Shown: positions 22,094 to 32,687, counted from the first letter of the stretch. The stretch is 64,000 nucleotides of DNA from Escherichia coli (GCF_011045215.1 NZ_CP049201.1); one strand, 5' to 3'. The notes: a model not told the origin generated them from the letters alone. Program-made: numbers and translations.

Positions 22094-23425
22094 TTACTGG
22101 ATGAATGACATTTGATTAATATATTTTATCAATAACTCTCTGGGTGTAGTACTCCAAAAATTTAGGTGTTCATAATCAGTATAAACATTGGTGAATTTTT
22201 TAAGTTCTTCATCACTTTTAGGGGCAAATCGCTCATTAAGAGTAATACTGTCTTTAATTATTCCGAAGAATACAATAGATATTTCAGGAATTTGCGATCT
22301 TCTCTCATAAGAATAAGGTATTTCTTTTATGTTAAGCAGATCTGCTAAATGAGATATAGATTCTGCGGTAATTTCTTGTTTTAGTTTTTCCTTGTCACCA
22401 AAGCAATGTATGAAGACAGCTACGACAAAGATCTTATTTATTAAAGGATCACTGCTTTTGTACTCATCGTCGTTTAATAGTTGAAAAATGTTAAGATTGC
22501 GTGAAAAAGTTTGTGTTTCACGTAAGGATAAGTTGGTTCGTTGAATTAAATCACGGATAAATCTACCAGATAAACTATTAATTTCATTTAATGATTTTGT
22601 CTTGTCTACAAGGTAATTCCAATATATAACAGATGTTTTACATACGACGTGACCATTTATTAAACATGTGTCTGGAAGCGTGATGGTATATTTTATAAAC
22701 TTGTCAAGATACTTTTGTGAGTTAATACTATAACCATAAATATGATTTATCGATGCTTTTAATTGTTCTGTGTTTGTAACTAAAATAAAAAAGACATTAT
22801 TGATGTCAAAAATGTGTTTTATTGTTTCAATGACATTTGTTGAAAAACTCGGCTTACATCGGTCTAATTCATCAATTATAATTACTATCTTTTGACTTTC
22901 TGAAATGCTTTCGATGCAAGATTTAAGTGAATTTATGTTTTTCTCTGATTCCATATGGTCTTCAAGCAAATTTTCAATAGTCCCATCTATTGCTGCATTG
23001 CTTGCTTTCTTCATCGCATCTTGGAATTCTTCGGAAACTTCACTAGCCTCCTGTCGTAAAAACCAACCTGCACCAGCTTTTAGTACCGTTTTTAAACCAA
23101 AGCGAATTGCAGGAAGAGATCTCTTAATGAAGTGTTGTTTTTCTTCCTCAGGTAAAATGCTGGCAATTGCAGAGGTTATGAGAAGTAATGGAGATTCTGC
23201 ATGATCCCCTTTAAAGGCATCAATATAAACAACTTTAGATTCAGTTTCTTGCTCAATAATGAGATTTTTCAGTTTGATACTAAATTCTGTTTTCCCTGTT
23301 CCCCATGCGCCGTCTATTACCAGTGGTGAAATGTCTGCCTCTGGTTTTAGCAACTTGATGATATTTTCAGCGATGTTTCTGCGTTGGAACTCGTCACGTT
23401 CAGTGAAAGATAGTGTATCTAACAT
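22094..23425 (-). CDS. KAP-family P-loop NTPase (candidate phage-exclusion/abortive-infection protein)
   Basis: Walker A GAWGTGKT, Walker B IIIDELDRC; AT-rich; opposite strand in Q-to-lysis moron slot. Confidence 0.75.
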   Translation of the reverse strand: MLDTLSFTERDEFQRRNIAENIIKLLKPEADISPLVIDGAWGTGKTEFSIKLKNLIIEQETESKVVYIDAFKGDHAESPLLLITSAIASILPEEEKQHFIKRSLPAIRFGLKTVLKAGAGWFLRQEASEVSEEFQDAMKKASNAAIDGTIENLLEDHMESEKNINSLKSCIESISESQKIVIIIDELDRCKPSFSTNVIETIKHIFDINNVFFILVTNTEQLKASINHIYGYSINSQKYLDKFIKYTITLPDTCLINGHVVCKTSVIYWNYLVDKTKSLNEINSLSGRFIRDLIQRTNLSLRETQTFSRNLNIFQLLNDDEYKSSDPLINKIFVVAVFIHCFGDKEKLKQEITAESISHLADLLNIKEIPYSYERRSQIPEISIVFFGIIKDSITLNERFAPKSDEELKKFTNVYTDYEHLNFWSTTPRELLIKYINQMSFIQ

Positions 23426-23548
23426 AATATAAACCTATTAACTCCTACAGTAAAAAACGAATAATACGACTTTGGGATTAAAAATCATTAACGCGGTCCG
23501 CAAAAATTCTTGTAATCTGTTAAGAGTGGTTACTTCGCCACACAGCTT

Positions 23549-23580
23549 AAACCCGCCGTCGAGCGGGTTTTGTCGTTTTT
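23549..23580 (+). terminator. Candidate tR-prime-like terminator upstream of lysis genes
   Basis: Stem AAACCCGC-cgtcga-GCGGGTTT followed by TGTCGTTTTT. Confidence 0.4.
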
Positions 23581-23721
23581 GTTGCTGGGGATTCGTTGGG
23601 CCTGGCCTATCCAGCAGTTATCCATTGGTTCGGCTCTTTGACGTTTCCGCTTCTGATTTGCGGTACATGATGTTCCCTCAATTTGCACCTGCTGTATCAG
23701 CGAGGTGAGAGATAACTACAA

Positions 23722-24048
23722 ATGCCTCATAACCCAAATACTTGGCTGGACTTGGTCCAGAGCTGGTGGCGTGGAGACACACCGCTGGGCGCAGTGATTA
23801 TGTCGATTGTTATGGCTGGTTTGCGTATCGCCTACTTTGGTGGTGGTGGCGGCTGGAAGCGAAAAACGCTCGAGATTTTGCTCTGTGGCGCTCTGACTCT
23901 GACTTTTGCATCCGCGCTTGAGTATGTCGGATGGCCTAAATCACTTTCTGTTGCCATTGGTGGTGGCGTTGGGTTGATCGGTGTCGATGCTATTCGTGGG
24001 GCTGCAATGAGAGTAATCGGTAATAAGTTTGGTGGCTCTAAGGAGTAA
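23722..24048 (+). CDS. Putative holin
   Basis: Small hydrophobic protein directly upstream of endolysin. Confidence 0.6.
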   Translation: MPHNPNTWLDLVQSWWRGDTPLGAVIMSIVMAGLRIAYFGGGGGWKRKTLEILLCGALTLTFASALEYVGWPKSLSVAIGGGVGLIGVDAIRGAAMRVIGNKFGGSKE

Positions 24049-24051
24049 TTT

Positions 24052-24528
24052 ATGCAGGTACTAAATTCCCAGCGTAAAGCTTTCCTCGATATGGTGGCAT
24101 GGTCAGAAGGAACGGATAACGGGCGACAACCGACACGTAACCACGGTTATGATGTTATTGTTGGCGGCGAACTGTTCACTGATTACTCCGATCACCCTCG
24201 CAAACTTGTCACGCTAAACCCCAAACTCAAATCAACAGCCGCCGGGCGTTATCAGCTTCTTTCACGCTGGTGGGATGCTTACCGTAAACAGCTTGGTTTG
24301 AAAGACTTCTCCCCCAAAAGCCAGGACGCAGTGGCATTGCAGCAGATTAAAGAGCGTGGCGCTTTACCGATGATTGATCGCGGTGATATCCGTCAGGCTA
24401 TCGATCGTTGCAGCAATATCTGGGCGTCATTACCCGGCGCTGGTTACGGTCAGTATGAACATAAAATCGGTGACCTGATTGCCCGATTCAAAGAGGCTGG
24501 CGGGGTGGTAAATGAAGTTGAGCTATAA
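24052..24528 (+). CDS. Endolysin, lambda R-like lytic transglycosylase
   Basis: Near-identical to recalled lambda R (NQRKAFLDM.AWSEGTDNGRQ.TRNHGYDVIVGGELFTDYSDHPRKLV). Confidence 0.9.
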   Translation: MQVLNSQRKAFLDMVAWSEGTDNGRQPTRNHGYDVIVGGELFTDYSDHPRKLVTLNPKLKSTAAGRYQLLSRWWDAYRKQLGLKDFSPKSQDAVALQQIKERGALPMIDRGDIRQAIDRCSNIWASLPGAGYGQYEHKIGDLIARFKEAGGVVNEVEL

Positions 24529-24973
24529 GCTGGTTATCGTTGCTTTCTTCGTTACTGTCATTGGTTCTTTCATCTGTTCAGTGAATCGTTACCACAATAA
24601 AGCCATTGAATACAAAATGCAGCGTGATGAGAATGCTATGGCATTAGATTCGGCTATGGCGACCATCTTTGATATGCAGAAGCGTCAACGTGACGTAGCA
24701 GAACTTGACGCCAGATACACAAAGGAGCTTGCTGATGCTAATGCGACTATCGAAAGTCTCCGTGCTGATGTTTCTTCTGGGCGTAAGCGCCTGCAAGTCG
24801 CCGCCACCTGTGCAAAATCAACGACCAGAGCCAGCGGCATGGGCGATGGAGAAAGCCCAGGACTTACAGCAGATGCTGAATTCAATTATTACCGTCTCCG
24901 AAGTGGAATCGACAGGATAACCGCACAGGTTAATTACCTACAGGAATACATCAGAACTCAATGCATGAATTAA
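24512..24973 (+). CDS. Spanin inner-membrane subunit Rz
   Basis: N-terminal TM segment, lambda Rz-like (QRDVAALDAKYTKELADA-type motif). Confidence 0.8.
   Translation: MKLSYKLVIVAFFVTVIGSFICSVNRYHNKAIEYKMQRDENAMALDSAMATIFDMQKRQRDVAELDARYTKELADANATIESLRADVSSGRKRLQVAATCAKSTTRASGMGDGESPGLTADAEFNYYRLRSGIDRITAQVNYLQEYIRTQCMN
24735..24920 (+). CDS. Spanin outer-membrane lipoprotein Rz1 (embedded in Rz, +1 frame)
   Basis: Lipobox-like LLGVSAC followed by proline-rich region. Confidence 0.55.
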   Translation: MLMRLSKVSVLMFLLGVSACKSPPPVQNQRPEPAAWAMEKAQDLQQMLNSIITVSEVESTG

Positions 24974-25582
24974 AAGAGGCAGATTGATCGTGTTTTCGAA
25001 GTGTTATACCACGCCCGTTCTGTTAATTTGGCAAAATCTGTTCTGATGCAATGAGTATCGAAAGATTTATTGGACTGGTTGCTTTGGTTATCACTGTTAT
25101 CGCTGGAGTTGTTGGCCTAGGGCGTATCCGTGGCACTAGTAAAAGAAGAGGTTAAAACTGCTCTGTTATACACTGAAGTTAACGCAGCGGCTAAGCACTC
25201 AGCAGCAGGACACCGTGTAGAGGCAACGGAAGAGGCCAGAAATATACAGCAGACTATTAACCATATTCCTGGTGACTCTGTTGAGCGCGGTATGCATAAG
25301 AAATACAAACGTACAATTTGAAGTGGTATATTTTTCTTGTTAGTAGATGAATATAATATACCACACAGAATACGATATAATTATTGCTCATGCTTACCTA
25401 AATATGAAAAACAATAAAGTTATAAGTAGACAAGTGTTTTGTTACTTTTAATAATTGATGTGATGTATATATTAAGATTGAAAAATTTAATCATTCTTTC
25501 CACATATAAATTAAGTGGTTCCCTTAGCTTGTCATTTTTGATGATAAGTGAGAGAATATGAACATTATATGATGGAGATAAT

Positions 25583-25894
25583 ATGTCAAACATAAAAATC
25601 AAACAAGCTATTGAAAAGATTGCGGAGTTCAGAGCAGCATCTGCTGCGATGGCTGATGCTCACATGGTTCTTATTACAGAGCTATTGAACTCAATTGAGG
25701 ATATCCGCAAAAACTCTGGTGATAATCTCTCTGAGTTTGAAAAAGGACAGGTTGCTCTCTACATAAAAATTAGCCCAGTTGTGAAAAATGGAATTTCGAG
25801 TATTGAAAAATATAATGAGTCTTTAAGTTCAGACTATGTTGAGGCTATGAACTCCTTATCTAAAATTGCGGGAGGGAATTCAAATGTCGATTGA
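25583..25894 (+). CDS. Hypothetical protein A of AT-rich cassette
   Basis: 103 aa ORF with GGAG RBS. Confidence 0.45.
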   Translation: MSNIKIKQAIEKIAEFRAASAAMADAHMVLITELLNSIEDIRKNSGDNLSEFEKGQVALYIKISPVVKNGISSIEKYNESLSSDYVEAMNSLSKIAGGNSNVD

Positions 25895-26270
25895 AGATGT
25901 TGGAAGCATCCTTGATAGATTAAAAGTAGCCAGGATCGAAAATAAAAAAATTGAAGAGTCAGCTGGAAAAGCAGAGGAAAATGCTGTTAACTCTAAGCAT
26001 ACTGATGGTAAAACACGAAGCGCCTTAACTATTACGTTTCTCTGGTTCTTTTTTTGCCTTCTTATTTTTAGCTGTCTTTTTGTTCTTTGGTATAATAATT
26101 CTGTTGTGAATTGGGCTTTAGAGTTAAAGAGCAAAGGTGTTGATGATTACGTTCAATATTTAAAGCCACTCGAGCTGGAAAAGGTATTGTCAATAATGAT
26201 TACTGCCCTTGGTACTTCATTAGGATTTATAATTGGGTATTATTTTAAGGATAAAGAAAATCATTCTTAA
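25884..26270 (+). CDS. Hypothetical membrane protein B of AT-rich cassette
   Basis: Hydrophobic segment ITFLWFFFCLLIFSCLFVLWY; start overlaps stop of A. Confidence 0.45.
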   Translation: MSIEDVGSILDRLKVARIENKKIEESAGKAEENAVNSKHTDGKTRSALTITFLWFFFCLLIFSCLFVLWYNNSVVNWALELKSKGVDDYVQYLKPLELEKVLSIMITALGTSLGFIIGYYFKDKENHS

Positions 26271-26315
26271 TATAGAGTTATCTCTAAAGATAACGAATTT
26301 TAATAGGAGGGTAGA

Positions 26316-26618
26316 ATGTCTGAACTGAATTATGAAGCAATAGGTCGCTGCAAAATCCTTAATGAAAAGATCAAAGATCTTCATGCTGAACGAATGAAAG
26401 CTATTGGTGATTTACGTACTGCTGTCTATGCCCTTCATCAGAAAGGGAATGTAAACCTCATCCCACCAGAAATTGTTGAATTCAACCCCCAATCGCTTAC
26501 ATCCCTTGTAGAGAAGGTTGGTCACTATGATGGTGAGCTGATGCGAGCTGTACATGAGTACAACAACTGGTGTGTAGAAGCAGGCGAGAAACCCGTAAAA
26601 CTTATAAAGCTAGACTGA
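26316..26618 (+). CDS. Hypothetical protein C of AT-rich cassette
   Basis: 100 aa ORF with AGGAGG RBS. Confidence 0.45.
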   Translation: MSELNYEAIGRCKILNEKIKDLHAERMKAIGDLRTAVYALHQKGNVNLIPPEIVEFNPQSLTSLVEKVGHYDGELMRAVHEYNNWCVEAGEKPVKLIKLD

Positions 26619-26643
26619 AACAACAAATTTATGCAAATCATTA

Positions 26644-26667
26644 GCCTCGCACATGCGGGGCTTTTTT
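26644..26667 (+). terminator. Rho-independent terminator after AT-rich cassette
   Basis: GCCTCGCA-ca-TGCGGGGC stem followed by TTTTTTAT. Confidence 0.5.
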
Positions 26668-26703
26668 ATGCGCACCACACATGCACATCAAAGAGAGTCT
26701 TCA

Positions 26704-27054
26704 ATGCCGCCACGAATCCCAAAAGCCTGCCGTGTTCGCGGTTGCCGCCATACCACGACTGACCCGTCAGGCTACTGCGAAAGCCACAAAAGCGAAGGCT
26801 GGAAGCAATACAAACCTAGACAATCCCGTCATCAGCGCGGCTACGGTTCGAAGTGGGACAGTATCCGCGCGCGTGTCCTGAAGCGTGACAAAGGCCTGTG
26901 TCAGTTATGTCTGCGTGCCGGTGTGGTGCGTGAGGCGAAAGCCGTTGACCACATCATCCCTAAAGCGCATGGCGGCACTGATGCCGACTGTAATCTGCAG
27001 AGTCTGTGCTGGCCGTGTCATAAGGCGAAGACGGCCCGTGAACGGCTGAAGTGA
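26704..27054 (+). CDS. HNH endonuclease (packaging-associated)
   Basis: HNH motif HIIPKAHGG...CNLQSLCWPCHKAK; start placed after terminator. Confidence 0.75.
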   Translation: MPPRIPKACRVRGCRHTTTDPSGYCESHKSEGWKQYKPRQSRHQRGYGSKWDSIRARVLKRDKGLCQLCLRAGVVREAKAVDHIIPKAHGGTDADCNLQSLCWPCHKAKTARERLK

Positions 27055-27170
27055 TAATAATTCTCAACTGTCTGAGGGGAGGGGCGGGTCAAATCCCTGT
27101 GACCTGACGTCTTCCGGACTGCCCGCCCCATCGTTTTTTTATACCCGCGAAAAATGAAATTTAACCAGGA

Positions 27171-27674
27171 GTGCCGCATATGGCTGGAACGGCGGGGCGT
27201 TCCGGGCGTCGCCCCAAGCCAACGGCGCGCAAGGCGCTGGCCGGAAACCCCGGCAAGCGAGCCCTGAACAAAGATGAACCTGTTTTTACGCCCATCAAAG
27301 GTGTTGAGCCACCGGAGTGGTTCGCAGAAGAAGATCTCCCTCTCGCCACGATCATGTGGCAACTGACAACCAAAGAACTCTGCGGTCAGGGCCTGCTGTG
27401 CGTGACTGACCTGGCGGTACTTGAGCGGTGGTGCGTGGCCTATGAGTTCTGGCGACGTGCCGTGAAAAATATTGCCAGCCAGGGCAACACCATCACCGGT
27501 GCAATGGGCGGCAGGGTCAAAAACCCGGAGCTGACCGCCAAGAAAGAACAGGAGTCCGAGATGAGCAGCACGGGGGCAATGCTCGGACTCGACCCCAGCA
27601 GCCGCCAGCGTCTGATAGGCCTGGCGGGGCAGAAGAAAGCCACTAACCCGTTTCTGAAAATCATCGAATCATGA
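27171..27674 (+). CDS. Terminase small subunit (P27-family-like)
   Basis: N-terminal [19 protein letters not shown] motif. Confidence 0.65.
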   Translation: MPHMAGTAGRSGRRPKPTARKALAGNPGKRALNKDEPVFTPIKGVEPPEWFAEEDLPLATIMWQLTTKELCGQGLLCVTDLAVLERWCVAYEFWRRAVKNIASQGNTITGAMGGRVKNPELTAKKEQESEMSSTGAMLGLDPSSRQRLIGLAGQKKATNPFLKIIES

Positions 27675-29404
27675 GCCGGAAATCTTACCCCAACGTAAAT
27701 GCTGCCAATCAGTATGCCCGTGATGTCGTGCGGGGAAAGATTGTGGCCTGCCATTTTGTGATTCAGGCCTGCCAGCGCCATCTTGATGACCTGATGGCGG
27801 AAAAAAGTAAGTCGTTTCGTTACCGCTTCGACAAGGACCTGGCTGAACGGGCCGCCAAATTTATTCAGCTGTTGCCGCACACCAAGGGTGAGTGGGCATT
27901 TAAGAGGATGCCCATCACGCTGGAGCCGTGGCAGCTCTTTGTGATCTGCTGCGCGTTTGGCTGGGTCAATAAAGGCTCCCGGCTGCGCCGCTTCCGTGAG
28001 GTGTATACCGAAATCCCCCGTAAGAACGGCAAATCGGCAATCTCTGCCGGTGTCGCCCTGTATTGTTTTGCCTGTGATAACGAGTTTGGCGCGGAAGTGT
28101 ATTCCGGTGCCACGACAGAGAAACAGGCGTGGGAAGTCTTTCGCCCGGCGCGACTGATGTGTAAACGCACACCCATGCTGACGGAAGCGTTCGGGATTGA
28201 GGTTAACGCCTCAAACATGAACCGTCCGGAGGATGGCGCGCGGTTTGAACCGCTGATCGGTAACCCCGGTGATGGATCATCACCCCACTGTGCGGTGGTG
28301 GATGAATATCACGAGCACGCCACCGATGCGCTTTACACCACGATGCTTACCGGGATGGGGGCGCGACGTCAGCCACTGATGTGGGCCATTACTACTGCCG
28401 GGTACAACATTGAGGGGCCGTGCTACGACAAACGGCGGGAAGTTATCGAGATGCTCAACGGTTCGGTACCCAACGATGAACTGTTCGGGATCATCTATAC
28501 CGTTGACGAAGGTGACGACTGGACCAACCCACAGGTGCTGGAAAAAGCCAACCCGAATATCGGGGTGTCGGTTTACCGTGAGTTTTTGTTAAGTCAGCAA
28601 CAGCGTGCGAAAAATAACGCCCGTCTGGCAAACGTCTTTAAAACAAAACACCTCAATATCTGGGTGTCGGCGCGTTCGGCGTATTTCAACCTGGTGAGCT
28701 GGCAGAGCTGCGAGGATAAATCACTGACTCTTGAGCAATTCGAGGGGCAGCCGTGCATTCTGGCCTTTGACCTGGCGCGTAAACTGGATATGAACAGCAT
28801 GGCGCGACTTTATACCCGCGAGATTGACGGTAAAACGCATTACTACAGTGTGGCCCCGCGTTTCTGGGTACCGTATGACACGGTGTACAGCGTCGAGAAA
28901 AATGAAGATCGCCGGACAGCCGAACGCTTTCAGAAATGGGTGGAAATGGGCGTCCTGACCGTTACCGATGGTGCAGAGGTGGATTATCGCTACATCCTCG
29001 AAGAGGCCAAAGCGGCGAACAAAATCAGCCCGGTCAGCGAGTCACCCATCGACCCCTTCGGGGCGACCGGGCTGTCACATGACCTTGCTGATGAAGACCT
29101 GAATCCCGTCACTATCTTCCAGAACTTCACCAATATGTCCGATCCGATGAAAGAGCTGGAAGCAGCGATTGAATCGGGACGTTTTCATCATGACGGCAAT
29201 CCCATCATGACCTGGTGTATCGGCAACGTGGTCGGCAAAAACATGCCGGGTAACGATGATGTGGTGAAACCCGTCAAAGAGCAGGCGGAAAACAAAATTG
29301 ACGGTGCAGTTGCGCTGATTATGGCGGTTGGCAGAGCCATGCTGTACGAGAAAGAAGACACGCTGTCTGATCACATTGAGTCCTACGGGATCCGCTCGCT
29401 TTAA
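27671..29404 (+). CDS. Terminase large subunit
   Basis: 577 aa ORF following small subunit, ATPase/nuclease-sized. Confidence 0.75.
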   Translation: MSRKSYPNVNAANQYARDVVRGKIVACHFVIQACQRHLDDLMAEKSKSFRYRFDKDLAERAAKFIQLLPHTKGEWAFKRMPITLEPWQLFVICCAFGWVNKGSRLRRFREVYTEIPRKNGKSAISAGVALYCFACDNEFGAEVYSGATTEKQAWEVFRPARLMCKRTPMLTEAFGIEVNASNMNRPEDGARFEPLIGNPGDGSSPHCAVVDEYHEHATDALYTTMLTGMGARRQPLMWAITTAGYNIEGPCYDKRREVIEMLNGSVPNDELFGIIYTVDEGDDWTNPQVLEKANPNIGVSVYREFLLSQQQRAKNNARLANVFKTKHLNIWVSARSAYFNLVSWQSCEDKSLTLEQFEGQPCILAFDLARKLDMNSMARLYTREIDGKTHYYSVAPRFWVPYDTVYSVEKNEDRRTAERFQKWVEMGVLTVTDGAEVDYRYILEEAKAANKISPVSESPIDPFGATGLSHDLADEDLNPVTIFQNFTNMSDPMKELEAAIESGRFHHDGNPIMTWCIGNVVGKNMPGNDDVVKPVKEQAENKIDGAVALIMAVGRAMLYEKEDTLSDHIESYGIRSL

Positions 29405-29415
29405 CTGAGGTAATT

Positions 29416-29598
29416 ATGATCATGCTGATTCTCGCGCCTCTGGTGGGCGTGCTGGGGGTGCTTTTGCTGGCGTATGGTGCCTGGCTGATTTATCCCCCTG
29501 CGGGGTTTGTTGTTGCCGGGGCGTTGTGCCTGTTCTGGTCGTGGCTGGTGGCGCGATATCTCGACCGTACACAGCTGTCTGTTGGTGGAGGTAAATAG
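29416..29598 (+). CDS. Small hydrophobic protein
   Basis: 60 aa ORF with two hydrophobic segments. Confidence 0.3.
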   Translation: MIMLILAPLVGVLGVLLLAYGAWLIYPPAGFVVAGALCLFWSWLVARYLDRTQLSVGGGK

Positions 29599-30839
29599 TG
29601 TTCTTTTCGGGATTATTTCAACGAAAAAGTGACACACCGGTGACCACGCCAGCAGAGCTGGCGGATGCTATCGGGCTGTCATACGACACCTATACCGGAA
29701 AGCAGATCAGCAGCCAGCGGGCCATGCGACTGACGGCGGTTTTTTCCTGCGTCAGGGTGCTGGCAGAGTCGGTCGGGATGTTGCCCTGCAATCTGTATCA
29801 CCTGAACGGCAGCCTGAAGCAGAGAGCCACTGGCGAACGTCTGCATAAGCTGATCTCCACGCATCCCAATGGCTATATGACGCCGCAGGAGTTCTGGGAG
29901 TTGGTGGTCACCTGTCTGTGCCTGCGGGGAAACTTTTACGCCTACAAAGTGAAAGCATTTGGCGAAGTGGCTGAATTGCTGCCCGTCGATCCCGGCTGTG
30001 TGGTACCGAAGCTTAACAGTAGCTGGGAGCCGATCTATCAGGTCACATTCCCGGATGGCTCCACGGATGTACTGAGCCAGGAGGATATCTGGCATGTGCG
30101 TACGCTGACGCTGGACGGACTGGTGGGGCTGAATCCCATCGCCTATGCCCGCGAGGCAATATCGCTGGCAGCTGCGACCGAAGAGCACGGGGCCAGACTG
30201 TTCAGCAATGGCGCGGTGACGTCGGGTGTGTTGCGTACAGAGCAGACGCTGTCAGATCAGGCTTATGAGCGCCTGAAGAAAGATTTTGAGGAGCGTCACA
30301 CCGGGCTTGGCAATGCTCACCGCCCGATGATCCTTGAGATGGGGCTGGACTGGAAGTCGATGGCGCTGAACGCCGAGGACAGCCAGTTCCTGGAAACCCG
30401 CAAGTTTCAGCTTGAAGAAATCTGTCGTCTGTTCCGTGTGCCATTGCACATGGTGCAGAACACCGATCGTGCCACCTTCAACAATATCGAAGAACTGGGG
30501 CTGGGATTTATCAACTATTCACTGGTGCCGTATCTGACCCGCATTGAGCAGCGGATCAACACCGGACTGGTACGAAAAAGTAAGCAGGGCGTTTATTACG
30601 CCAAATTTAACGCCGGGGCGTTACTGCGCGGGGATATGAAGTCCCGTTTTGAAGCCTACGCCACCGGGATTAACTGGGGAATTTACTCTCCCAATGACTG
30701 CCGCGACCTGGAAGATATGAATCCGCGTCCCGGTGGTGATGTCTATCTCACACCGATGAACATGACCACGAAACCCTCCGATGGCAGTAAAGCCGGTAAG
30801 CAGAAGGATAACGCCAATGCAGACGAAACAACGTCTTGA
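29598..30839 (+). CDS. Portal protein (HK97-family-like)
   Basis: 413 aa ORF after terminase; position and size. Confidence 0.7.
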   Translation: MFFSGLFQRKSDTPVTTPAELADAIGLSYDTYTGKQISSQRAMRLTAVFSCVRVLAESVGMLPCNLYHLNGSLKQRATGERLHKLISTHPNGYMTPQEFWELVVTCLCLRGNFYAYKVKAFGEVAELLPVDPGCVVPKLNSSWEPIYQVTFPDGSTDVLSQEDIWHVRTLTLDGLVGLNPIAYAREAISLAAATEEHGARLFSNGAVTSGVLRTEQTLSDQAYERLKKDFEERHTGLGNAHRPMILEMGLDWKSMALNAEDSQFLETRKFQLEEICRLFRVPLHMVQNTDRATFNNIEELGLGFINYSLVPYLTRIEQRINTGLVRKSKQGVYYAKFNAGALLRGDMKSRFEAYATGINWGIYSPNDCRDLEDMNPRPGGDVYLTPMNMTTKPSDGSKAGKQKDNANADETTS

Positions 30840-31467
30840 TGTACCGCTGAGTCTGAAATCTGTCAGTGACTCCGGTGAGTTTGAAGGGTATGGCTCCGTC
30901 TTTGGTGTAAAGGACAGCCACGATGATGTGGTGATGTCCGGGGCATTTGCTGCTTCCCTGCGGGCGTGGAGTGACAGAAAAGCGTTACCTGCGCTGCTCT
31001 GGCAGCACCGCATGGATGAACCCATCGGTGTTTACACCGAAATGAAGGAAGACGATGTCGGGCTTTACGTCAGGGGACGGTTGCTTATTGATGATGATCC
31101 CCTCGCAAAACGCGCACATGCACACATGAAGGCCGGTTCGTTAACCGGCCTTTCTATTGGGTACGTCCTGAAAGACTGGGAATACGACCGGAGCAAAGAA
31201 GCCTTTCTGCTGAAAGAAATCGACCTCTGGGAAGTCAGCCTGGTGACGTTCCCGTCTAACGACGAGGCGCGGATCAGCGACGTCAAGAACGCACTGGCCC
31301 GCGGGGAAATCCCCGAACAGAAAAAAATCGAAAGAGTCCTGCGTGATGTCGGACTCTCCCGTACCCAGGCCAAAGCATTCATGGCCGGGGGCTATGGCGC
31401 ACTGTCCCTGCGCGACGCTGAGGATGTGGGCTCTGCACTGAATGCACTGAAAAATCTGAACTTCTAA
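30817..31467 (+). CDS. Prohead protease
   Basis: Position between portal and capsid; start placed at MQTKQRL. Confidence 0.6.
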   Translation: MQTKQRLDVPLSLKSVSDSGEFEGYGSVFGVKDSHDDVVMSGAFAASLRAWSDRKALPALLWQHRMDEPIGVYTEMKEDDVGLYVRGRLLIDDDPLAKRAHAHMKAGSLTGLSIGYVLKDWEYDRSKEAFLLKEIDLWEVSLVTFPSNDEARISDVKNALARGEIPEQKKIERVLRDVGLSRTQAKAFMAGGYGALSLRDAEDVGSALNALKNLNF

Positions 31468-31481
31468 TCAGGAGAAATACG

Positions 31482-32687
31482 ATGGCGGTTGATATTAAAG
31501 ATGTCGAACAGGTCGCGCAGGAGCTGCAGCAGAAGTTTGACGACTTCAAAGCAAAGAACGACAAGCGCGTGGATGCGATTGAGCAGGAAAAAGGCAAGCT
31601 TGCCGGGCAGGTGGAAACCCTGAACGGGAAACTCAGCGAGCTGGAAAATCTCAAAAGCGACCTTGAAAAAGAGCTGCTTGAGCTGAAACGTCCGGCTGGT
31701 GGAGCGCAAAATAAACTGGCCACCGAGCATAAAGAGGCGTTTGTGGGCTTCCTGCGTAAAGGCCGTGAAGACGGTCTGCGCGATCTGGAGCGTAAGGCAT
31801 TGCAGGTGGGTACCGATGAAGACGGTGGCTACGCCGTGCCGGAAGAACTGGATCGCAACATTCTTAACCTGCTGAAAGATGAAGTGGTGATGCGTCAGGA
31901 AGCCACGGTGATCACCGTTGGCGGTTCCGACTACAAAAAACTGGTGAATCTGGGCGGTACGGCTTCCGGATGGGTGGGGGAAACGGATACGCGATCCCAG
32001 ACTGCCACCTCCAGACTGGAGCTGATTGAACCTCTCATGGGGGAAATTTACGGCAACCCGCAGGCTACCCAGAAAATGCTGGACGATGCCTTCTTCAACG
32101 TGGAGGCCTGGATCAACAGCGAGCTGGCAACCGAATTTGCCGAACAGGAAGAAATTGCCTTTACCTCAGGCGATGGCACCAAGAAGCCGAAAGGGTTCCT
32201 GGCGTATGAATCCACTGATGAAACCGATAAGGTTCGTGCGTTCGGTAAACTTCAGCATATTGTATCCGGTGAAGCGACGACGGTGACCGCAGACGCCATT
32301 ATCAAACTGATTTACACGCTGCGTAAGGCACACCGCACTGGCGCGAAGTTCATGATGAACAACAACAGCCTGTTTGCCATCCGTCTGCTGAAAGACAGCG
32401 AGGGTAACTATCTGTGGCGTCCGGGGCTGGAACTGGGGCAGCTGTCCTCTCTGGCGGGTTACGGTATCGCTGAAAACGAACAGATGCCGGATATCGCTGC
32501 TGATGCGAAAGCCATTGCATTTGGTAACTTCAAACGGGGTTACACCATCGTTGACCGTATCGGCACCCGCATTCTGCGTGACCCGTACACCAATAAACCG
32601 TTTGTCGGTTTTTATACCACCAAGCGCACCGGCGGGATGCTGGTCGATTCGCAGGCCATCAAACTGCTGAAGATTGCAGCGGCGTAA
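31482..32687 (+). CDS. Major capsid protein (HK97 fold with N-terminal coiled-coil delta domain)
   Basis: N-terminal coiled-coil region followed by capsid-sized domain. Confidence 0.7.
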   Translation: MAVDIKDVEQVAQELQQKFDDFKAKNDKRVDAIEQEKGKLAGQVETLNGKLSELENLKSDLEKELLELKRPAGGAQNKLATEHKEAFVGFLRKGREDGLRDLERKALQVGTDEDGGYAVPEELDRNILNLLKDEVVMRQEATVITVGGSDYKKLVNLGGTASGWVGETDTRSQTATSRLELIEPLMGEIYGNPQATQKMLDDAFFNVEAWINSELATEFAEQEEIAFTSGDGTKKPKGFLAYESTDETDKVRAFGKLQHIVSGEATTVTADAIIKLIYTLRKAHRTGAKFMMNNNSLFAIRLLKDSEGNYLWRPGLELGQLSSLAGYGIAENEQMPDIAADAKAIAFGNFKRGYTIVDRIGTRILRDPYTNKPFVGFYTTKRTGGMLVDSQAIKLLKIAAA

